Source of the DNA: a bacterium
Lineage (GTDB): Bacteria; Acidobacteriota; Blastocatellia; HR10
Length of the DNA: 64,000 bases
Reading direction: 5' to 3'
NCBI GenBank assembly: GCA_041640655.1
Contig: JBEPZV010000007.1
Location: 19,151 to 83,150, forward strand
Made by a program: the position numbers and the translations under genes. The notes beneath the pieces are model-generated. The model was not told the DNA's origin. It ran no database searches and saw only the letters and a list, made by a program, of their open reading frames with translations. The number at the start of each line of letters is the position of its first letter. The stretch's first letter is position 1. Below are positions 57,582 through 64,000 of this stretch, piece by piece.

Positions 57582-60440
57582 ATGCGCATCGGCGCGCGAC
57601 ATGTGGGGGCGGCGATCGCCTGGGTCGTGATCCTCATGACGCCCTTCCTCCGGGGGCAAACGGCATCGCGCGACGCCGTGCTGCTCATCCGTATGCCGGA
57701 TGAGACGGCGCTGCCCACCGATCCCTCGGATGCGGACATCGCTCGCTTTGTAGCCGCGCGCGGTTCTTACCTTCAGATGACGGTGCAGGATGTGCAGCGC
57801 GATCGAGCCTTCGCCCGCCAGGTGCTCGGCCAGCGTCAGATCTTCGAAGAGCTGGCGGCCTTTCACGCACGGGAGAACATCCCGGTGCGCGTGCGGTTCA
57901 TCGCCTGGGCCGATGCCTTTCGCTTTTTCGCCGATTACGTCTCGGACCGAAGCAATCCTCCCATTGTCGCGCAGATCGGCGATACGTGGGCAGCGTACTT
58001 TCGATCGCTCGGCGTCGTGGCCGACGAGCGGCGGCACACATGGGATGTGCGCGTGCTCTGGTACTGGAAAGATATGGTCACGGAGCGTGAGCTCGCCGAC
58101 GGCGATCGTTTCTCGGCGGCGTGTCGGCGGCTGCACGATGCGCCTCCTCCCGGACTCATTGCGCCGCTGGCGATCCCAACGGCTCCGGATTGGAATCTGT
58201 TGCATGATCTCTCGGTCTGGCTCTACAACGGCGGAGTGCCTACGCTCATTTCCATCGAGAAAAAGTTCGGTCTCCTGCCCTGGAGGGAAGCCGTCTTCGC
58301 CGGTCCCGAAGGCGAGCGGGCCGTTGAGTTCCTCATTCACCTGGCCCGGCGGGGAGACGTGGCGCTGCCCGAGAAACGGAGCATGGAACTGGCCGACGAC
58401 TTCCTCGCCCGAAAATACGCGATGATGATCGCCGGGCCGTGGCTCACCAAGCTGGCGGAGAAGGCGCTGGGGCCGGAGTGGCGCACACGGATCGGGGCGA
58501 CGCTCCCGCCGCCCATCGGCTCGACGACCGCCGTGACGATGAAAGGGGGATCGCTGCTGGTCGTCTTGGACCCGACGCGCGGGCGAGACCCCGACGCCGT
58601 TAGGCGGGCGCGACGGCTGATCGAGTTTTTCTCCTCACGGGAGAGCCAGCAGCGATACACCGAGGCGCTCGGCGCGCTTCCGGCCAACGAAGAGGCGCTC
58701 GAAGCCTCTCCCTACTTCGATCTCTTTCGGTCGGCGCTGGAGCACGGACGAACGTATCCGCAGATTCCCGAATGGGCGCCGGTCGTCGAGAATCTGGCGA
58801 CGCGAGACACCCTCTATGCGTTCTGGAAGCGGCTGTCGGTCTTGACCGACACGCGCGCGACGGCGAGCGAAGCCGAACAAGCGGCGCGAGCCAAACTCAT
58901 TCTCGCCGCCTTGCATTCGGCGGAAGCCGACATCAATCGGGAGCTCTCTCCGGGGCGACTGGCGTTGCTCTGGCCGTGGGTGCTGGCGCTCGCAGCTCTT
59001 GTCGCCGTCATCGCCGCACTCGCGCTGTGGCATCGTCACGTAGAGCGAAGGCGCATCGCGGAGCTGCGGCAGACTCGCGATCTGCTGGCGACACTGGAGC
59101 GGCGGTTGGCCTCGACCGAAGAGGCCGTGAAAAGCACGCTCACCTCTTCCGCTTCGGAGATGGCGACCGTCGCCACCAAAGGGTATCCCGCGCTCTACCT
59201 TGATGCGGCCCAGCGCAAAGTCTCTCTCCGACGGTCGCCCGCGCACCCTCTGGAGGAAGTCCTTCACGGCGCCGAATACGATCTGTTCCGGCATCTCATC
59301 GAGTGCTTGCAGGCCGGATGGCAGCAAACGCATTGGATCTGGAGCTACGTCATCTGGCCCACCGCCCAACCGAAATTCCCCAAGGAAGCTTTCGCCACTC
59401 ACTGCACGAAACTGCGCAAGAAGATCGAAACCGTTTGGCAACTCGGCCCCGTGTTGGGCCGCGGCGATCGCCGCACGGGCGCGATCCCCATCGAGGTGAA
59501 GGACGCCCACTTCTATACCGACGCTGCGCCGGACGGGACGGCTTATCCACTCTGGGCCTTGTTCCGCACTTCCGAACAGGTGGCACGGGCCTACAAAGCA
59601 GGCTCTTGGAAAATCGCCCAACGAGAGATCGAGACATTGCTTCGAATGGACCCGGAGAACTGGCTGGGGAACACGCTCCTGTGTCATCTGGCCCTCCAGG
59701 GTCAAGTGGCGATCACCGATCCCCTCGTCCAAAAGGCGCTCACGTTCGTCCAGGTGCAGAAGGTTCACTACGAACGCGCCCTGGAGAGGATCGAAGCCCT
59801 TCCGGCAGAGAAGGTGGACCTCCAGCAGATGGAACGCATTCGATCCCGATGCGAGGCGCTCCGGCTCATCGCCTCGTCCGTACCCTCGTCCTCGCCGCCG
59901 ACGTCACCGGTCAACGAGCGATCCCCGTGGAGAGATAGAGAACGCCTCAAAGCCTGGCTGACCTATCTGGACGAGGGCACTCCGGGGCTTCCCGACGAGG
60001 AGATCAAAATCATCCGGGGGATTCACCGCTTCCTTCGTCAGCGCTTGCCCTGGGCCTCTCCATCGGACGTGGATGAACAGTTCCGGTCCTTCCTGCAGGA
60101 CCTTGTTTGTGACAGCGCGAGCTGGCCTGACGAGCGGCTGCCGCGCAGCCGACGCGCGTTTCAAAGCGGGGTGCTCGATTATGCTCTGGCCCGCCTCTAC
60201 GGCCTTCGCGACGATGCGGAGTCGAAGGCGATCACAAAAGCGCAGAATCTGAGAAAGCTGTGGGACAGAAGATCGCAACTGCGAAAAGCCCTTCAGCAGG
60301 ACCCCACCGTTGAACAGCTCTATGCAGCCTGCCAAGAGCGGTACGGCTGGAGCCGCGCTTTCTTTGAGCGCGTGCTGGAGCTGGAGCGTTCGGGCCAGGT
60401 GCGCTCCTGGGATGAGCGGTCGTCAAGGCGCGTGATGTAG
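57582..60440 (+). CDS. putative membrane-spanning sensor-regulator: solute-binding domain, TM, winged helix, TPR-like region, sigma-like domain (952 aa)
   Basis: N-terminal hydrophobic signal. Sugar-SBP motifs (VAQIGDTW, DVRVLWYWKD, AMMIAGPW, KGGSLLVV). TM at about 58959-59030. OmpR-type wHTH pattern at about 59184-59500. Sigma region 3-like LRKALQQDPTVEQL...QVRSWDE at the C-terminus. Confidence 0.8.
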   Translation: MRIGARHVGAAIAWVVILMTPFLRGQTASRDAVLLIRMPDETALPTDPSDADIARFVAARGSYLQMTVQDVQRDRAFARQVLGQRQIFEELAAFHARENIPVRVRFIAWADAFRFFADYVSDRSNPPIVAQIGDTWAAYFRSLGVVADERRHTWDVRVLWYWKDMVTERELADGDRFSAACRRLHDAPPPGLIAPLAIPTAPDWNLLHDLSVWLYNGGVPTLISIEKKFGLLPWREAVFAGPEGERAVEFLIHLARRGDVALPEKRSMELADDFLARKYAMMIAGPWLTKLAEKALGPEWRTRIGATLPPPIGSTTAVTMKGGSLLVVLDPTRGRDPDAVRRARRLIEFFSSRESQQRYTEALGALPANEEALEASPYFDLFRSALEHGRTYPQIPEWAPVVENLATRDTLYAFWKRLSVLTDTRATASEAEQAARAKLILAALHSAEADINRELSPGRLALLWPWVLALAALVAVIAALALWHRHVERRRIAELRQTRDLLATLERRLASTEEAVKSTLTSSASEMATVATKGYPALYLDAAQRKVSLRRSPAHPLEEVLHGAEYDLFRHLIECLQAGWQQTHWIWSYVIWPTAQPKFPKEAFATHCTKLRKKIETVWQLGPVLGRGDRRTGAIPIEVKDAHFYTDAAPDGTAYPLWALFRTSEQVARAYKAGSWKIAQREIETLLRMDPENWLGNTLLCHLALQGQVAITDPLVQKALTFVQVQKVHYERALERIEALPAEKVDLQQMERIRSRCEALRLIASSVPSSSPPTSPVNERSPWRDRERLKAWLTYLDEGTPGLPDEEIKIIRGIHRFLRQRLPWASPSDVDEQFRSFLQDLVCDSASWPDERLPRSRRAFQSGVLDYALARLYGLRDDAESKAITKAQNLRKLWDRRSQLRKALQQDPTVEQLYAACQERYGWSRAFFERVLELERSGQVRSWDERSSRRVM

Positions 60441-60478
60441 GCCGAAATATTTCCCACATATTGCCAAGTGCAGGACCC

Positions 60479-60507
60479 CAACGCTTCTCCGTTGTGGAGG
60501 AGCGTTG
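60479..60507 (+). other. intergenic stem-loop upstream of the secreted protein gene
   Basis: CAACGCTTCTCC-GTTGT-GGAGGAGCGTTG, 12-bp stem with one G-U pair. No U tract. Confidence 0.55.
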
Positions 60508-60541
60508 CGCCGTCTGCGATCTTCCTCAGGGAGGGACAGCC

Positions 60542-61309
60542 ATGAAGGCAGTGAGGAGACTCGGGCTCATCGCCGTGGCCGTGGGGCTGGCGGGATGGCC
60601 GAATGCTTCGGTCACTCGCTCTCAGGAGCCGGAACTGGCCCAGGCCAAACAGGTCAAGAATGTCGTCGTTCTGCCGCGGGTCGTGCACGGGGGCGATCCG
60701 CAGTCGAAATTCGCGTTCGTCAAGGTGCTGCCGACGGTCGCCTTCTCCGATTCGGAGGTCAGTCATCCCGGTCAATTCGCCAACCGGCACGATTGGGCGC
60801 TCTCCGAGGATGGAGAAGAGCCTCTGGCCTTCGGCATTGACGACTTCTTCGAGTTCAGTTTCGATCTCGTCCTCGTGGGAACGCCGCCGGGAACCAAGTT
60901 CGAGGAGCGAAAAGAAGCGGGAATCATCATCACCACGTCCGTCGCCGGAGAGGGGCAATACATCGTCAACACGGATGCCCATGAGGTGGTCGCCTTCGGC
61001 GGGCCGTTTCCGTTCTTCAAGTTCGATCTGAGCTACAATTCCGGTGACGTCATCACTATGGGGATACGGTACTTCCGCGATGTGGACGGCAAGCGCAAGA
61101 TCGTCTATCAAGCGAATGATCAGAGGAGTCCGGCGCTGGAATTCACCAATCTCGAGCAGGGGATTCCCGGACCGTTCTTCATCAAGGGCTACATTCAGAC
61201 GGTGATCAACACGAACATCCCGAAGAACAGCGCCGCCGCCGCGTTCACCAACATCCGGTGGAACGGCAAGCTCCTCACAGGGGGGACGACGGCAGGCGAA
61301 TGCCGATGA
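60542..61309 (+). CDS. secreted beta-rich hypothetical protein (255 aa)
   Basis: GGAGG SD, signal peptide, alternating hydrophobic beta-strand pattern (ANRHDW, RKEAGI, VVAFGGPFPFF). Confidence 0.85.
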   Translation: MKAVRRLGLIAVAVGLAGWPNASVTRSQEPELAQAKQVKNVVVLPRVVHGGDPQSKFAFVKVLPTVAFSDSEVSHPGQFANRHDWALSEDGEEPLAFGIDDFFEFSFDLVLVGTPPGTKFEERKEAGIIITTSVAGEGQYIVNTDAHEVVAFGGPFPFFKFDLSYNSGDVITMGIRYFRDVDGKRKIVYQANDQRSPALEFTNLEQGIPGPFFIKGYIQTVINTNIPKNSAAAAFTNIRWNGKLLTGGTTAGECR

Positions 61310-61385
61310 TGAGCGCTCCCGGCTCTTGTGTTCGTTCGGGTTCCCGAACGATCGGAGTCGGCGACCACCTTTGAGTTGCTCCGCG

Positions 61386-61413
61386 GGAGCGCCTCCGCCG
61401 GTGGGGGTGCTCC
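61386..61413 (+). other. intergenic stem-loop upstream of the TonB-dependent transporter
   Basis: GGAGCGCCTCC-GCCGGT-GGGGGTGCTCC, 11-bp stem with G-U pairs. Confidence 0.5.
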
Positions 61414-61443
61414 TGTCGGCCTTTTGCAGCAAGGAGATGAGCT

Positions 61444-64000
61444 ATGCATCGCATGGGCTCTCTCGTCGTTCGGTTCGTCGGTGGGGGAACGCTTCTGCTT
61501 GGGCTGGCCCTCACCGGGCTCGCCCAATTCAGAGCAGGGGTTCAGGGAGTGGTGACCGATCCTACGGGCGCAGTTATCGCCGGAGCGACGGTCACGCTCA
61601 CCAATCATGAGACGGGCAAGACCCAGCAGGTGGTCACGAGTGCCGAGGGGTTCTATCGCTTCTCCGGGCTGGCGCCGGGCGCGTATCGGGTCACGGTCGA
61701 ATACGCGGGGTTCAAGAAGAAAGTGGTCGAGCGCGTGATCGTCCGCGCCGAAGAGGTTCAGGGCCTCGATCTGATCCTGGAGCCGGGCGAGATCACCGAG
61801 ATGCTCACCGTGCGCGCGGGCGGCGAGGTGGCGACGCTTCAGACGGAAAATCCCGATGTGACGCGCGCGGTGACCACTCACGAAGTGCTTCGGCTGCCGC
61901 AGTTCGGGCGCGATCCCTACGAGCTGATCCGCCTGACGCCGGGCGTGTTGGGCCTGGGGGCGCGCGGCAGTCGCGGCGAATCCGTAGGCTTGCCCAACAC
62001 GACCGGCCCCGGAGGATCGAACGTCTCGATCTTTCAGGTCGAGAATCAGGTCCCCATCAGCGCTAACGGTCAACGCCTTTCGGCCAACAACTACATGATT
62101 GACGGCGTGAGCGTCAACAGCCTCGGCTGGGCCGGAGCGGCCGTGGTGACGCCCAATCAGGAGTCGGTCAAAGAGATTCGCGTCCTCTCCAGCACCTATT
62201 CGGCCGAGTACGGTCGAAATACGGGAGCGCAGATTCAGGTTGTTTCTCAAAACGGCACGAACGAATTTCACGGCAGCGCCGTCCTCAAGTACAACGATCC
62301 CGATCTGAACGCCTTCAACCGATGGGGCGGGATCACGGGTGATCCGAATCGAGATGCGCCACCGGTGCGCGTGGAGCAGTTCTATCGTCAGTTTGCCGGG
62401 AGCCTCGGCGGGCCCATCGTCAAGAATCGGCTCTTTTTCTTCTTCTCCTACGAGGGTCTGCGCAGCAACAATACGGACTTCGTGAGTACCTGGATCGAGA
62501 CGCCCGAATTTCGGCAATTGGTCCGGCAGCAACGGGCCGGTGGCGTGACGGCGCGGATCTTCGAAGCCGAGGGGATTGCGCCGCGCGCGCTCACGGTTCT
62601 GCCGGCGGATTGTTCCCTCTTTCTCAACGATCCGCGGCGGTGCCAGGCCGTCGCCGGAGGCCTGGACATCGGATCGCTCACGGGCGGCCTCGGCCGCTAC
62701 GTGCCCCTCAGCAACACCGTGGGCGGCGGGCTCGATGGCATCCCCGACATTCAATTCGTCCGCCTCGCGCTGCCCAACCTCGTTCGCGGAGACCAGTTCA
62801 ACACGCGCGTGGACCTCACGCGCGGCAGCGATCAATTCGCCGTGAGCCTCTACATCACGCGCCGCAACGACTTCAAGAACGTGGCGCAGGGGCGGCCCAT
62901 TGGAGACCTGCGCACGCGACCGCTCAATTCGGCGGGGACGGTGACCTGGATTCGCACGCTCGCTCCCACGCTCCTCAACGAGCTGCGGGCGAATGCCACC
63001 CGATTCTCCTTCAACGAAGTGAAGGACAACCCCGAGGCCAATTGGGGCATTCCTCGCGTCGAAGTCGAAGGCCCTTCGGCACTGCGGCTCGAGATCGGAG
63101 TCATTCGCGCCGAGACGACGCCGGGCATCTTCGCTCAGAACACCTATGAAGTTCGGGACACGCTCACCTGGGTGCGGGGCAACAAGACGCTCAAATTTGG
63201 CGTGGAGATACGGCGCGAGCAGGACAACAACAATCTGGCCGGGGGAGCGCGTCCGCTCTATGTCTTTCGCGGACTGTACAACCTGGCCAACGATGCGCCC
63301 TATCTGGAAGCGATCAATGCCGATCCGCGCACGGGCCTTCCCGCCGATGCGCAGCGGTACTTCCGCTACGCGAACTACGCCTTGTTCGTCCAGAACGATT
63401 GGAAGGTTCGGCCCCACCTCACCGTGAATCTCGGCCTGCGCTACGAATACTTCACGCCGCTTCGGGAGAAGCGCGGGCGCGTGAGCAACCTCGTTTTTCC
63501 ACCGGGACGACTCAACGAATCGCGGATCGTCGTGAGCGACCAACTTTTCGAGCCCGACCGCAACAATGTCGCGCCGCGCTTGGGCTTCGCCTGGAGCCCG
63601 AAGGTGTGGACGGACAAGCTGGTCGTGCGCGGCGGATTCGGCATCGGCTACAATCGCATTCCGGGCGTGCTCTACGGCAACACGCGCGGGAATCCGCCCT
63701 TTTTCGCCCGCCACTTCATCTGCTGCGGGGGATCGGCCGCCGAGGGGCTCTTTCCCTTCGCCGGCGGTCGTATTCTCTATACGCTCGGAACGAGCCGAGC
63801 GCTGACGAGCTATCCGGTCAATCCCGCGCTCGCGCAGGGCATTGACCCGACTACCGGCGGCGTGCGCGGCAGCCAGGTCGAAATCTACGGCACGGAGCGG
63901 AAACTGCCGAATGCCTACGTCTACCTGTGGTCGCTGGAGACCGAGACTCAACTGCCGTGGGATTTCATCGCGTCTGTGGGCTATCAGGCCAGCAGCAGTC
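61444..64000 (+). CDS. TonB-dependent transporter, Oar/acidobacterial type with N-terminal carboxypeptidase-regulatory-like domain (3' truncated; absent from the ORF track)
   Basis: AAGGAG SD, then MHRMGSLV...AQFRAGVQGVVTDPTGAVIAGATVTLTN, LPQFGRDPYELIRLTPGV, NNYMIDGVSVN, YSAEYGRNTGAQI, QNDWKVRPHLTVNLGLRYEY, APRLGFAW. Reads in frame 1 to the window end. Confidence 0.95.
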   Translation, partial: MHRMGSLVVRFVGGGTLLLGLALTGLAQFRAGVQGVVTDPTGAVIAGATVTLTNHETGKTQQVVTSAEGFYRFSGLAPGAYRVTVEYAGFKKKVVERVIVRAEEVQGLDLILEPGEITEMLTVRAGGEVATLQTENPDVTRAVTTHEVLRLPQFGRDPYELIRLTPGVLGLGARGSRGESVGLPNTTGPGGSNVSIFQVENQVPISANGQRLSANNYMIDGVSVNSLGWAGAAVVTPNQESVKEIRVLSSTYSAEYGRNTGAQIQVVSQNGTNEFHGSAVLKYNDPDLNAFNRWGGITGDPNRDAPPVRVEQFYRQFAGSLGGPIVKNRLFFFFSYEGLRSNNTDFVSTWIETPEFRQLVRQQRAGGVTARIFEAEGIAPRALTVLPADCSLFLNDPRRCQAVAGGLDIGSLTGGLGRYVPLSNTVGGGLDGIPDIQFVRLALPNLVRGDQFNTRVDLTRGSDQFAVSLYITRRNDFKNVAQGRPIGDLRTRPLNSAGTVTWIRTLAPTLLNELRANATRFSFNEVKDNPEANWGIPRVEVEGPSALRLEIGVIRAETTPGIFAQNTYEVRDTLTWVRGNKTLKFGVEIRREQDNNNLAGGARPLYVFRGLYNLANDAPYLEAINADPRTGLPADAQRYFRYANYALFVQNDWKVRPHLTVNLGLRYEYFTPLREKRGRVSNLVFPPGRLNESRIVVSDQLFEPDRNNVAPRLGFAWSPKVWTDKLVVRGGFGIGYNRIPGVLYGNTRGNPPFFARHFICCGGSAAEGLFPFAGGRILYTLGTSRALTSYPVNPALAQGIDPTTGGVRGSQVEIYGTERKLPNAYVYLWSLETETQLPWDFIASVGYQASSS

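Noticed and set aside
61195..63951. 918-aa minus-strand ORF
   Set aside because: Antisense to the TonB-dependent transporter, which the ORF track missed because it has no stop inside the window.

Overview
GC-rich bacterial chromosome segment, most consistent with an Acidobacteriota (Blastocatellia-like) genome. The taxonomy is my inference from the Oar-type TonB-dependent transporter, the Hfq-like gene and overall gene content. Positions 1-49.5 kb are mostly housekeeping and metabolism: argS, hfq-like, gap-pgk-tpiA-secG-tRNA-Leu, transketolase, recX, a TPM-nucleotidyltransferase-LemA operon, pyrF, queF, amino-acid transporters, ribA, a carboxyltransferase beta subunit, an ABC exporter, secreted trehalase and GH31 enzymes, manC, tRNA-Arg(CCG) and thrC-proC. 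From about 49.7 kb onward, around tRNA-Arg(TCG), the window looks accessory. It carries (i) three near-identical coiled-coil membrane-anchored genes differing in 33-bp repeat number, (ii) REP-like palindromic elements bracketing a TolC gene and a 1221-aa secreted beta-helix/PKD protein whose seven WD40 blades are near-identical except at binding-surface codons, and (iii) the best novelty candidate, a 952-aa protein reading as solute-binding domain, TM helix, OmpR-type winged helix, TPR-like helices and a FliA/sigma-28-like region 2-3 with no region 4. That gene sits directly upstream of a secreted protein and a TonB-dependent transporter. All family assignments were made by eye from motifs, no searches were run, and start codons were adjusted using Shine-Dalgarno context.
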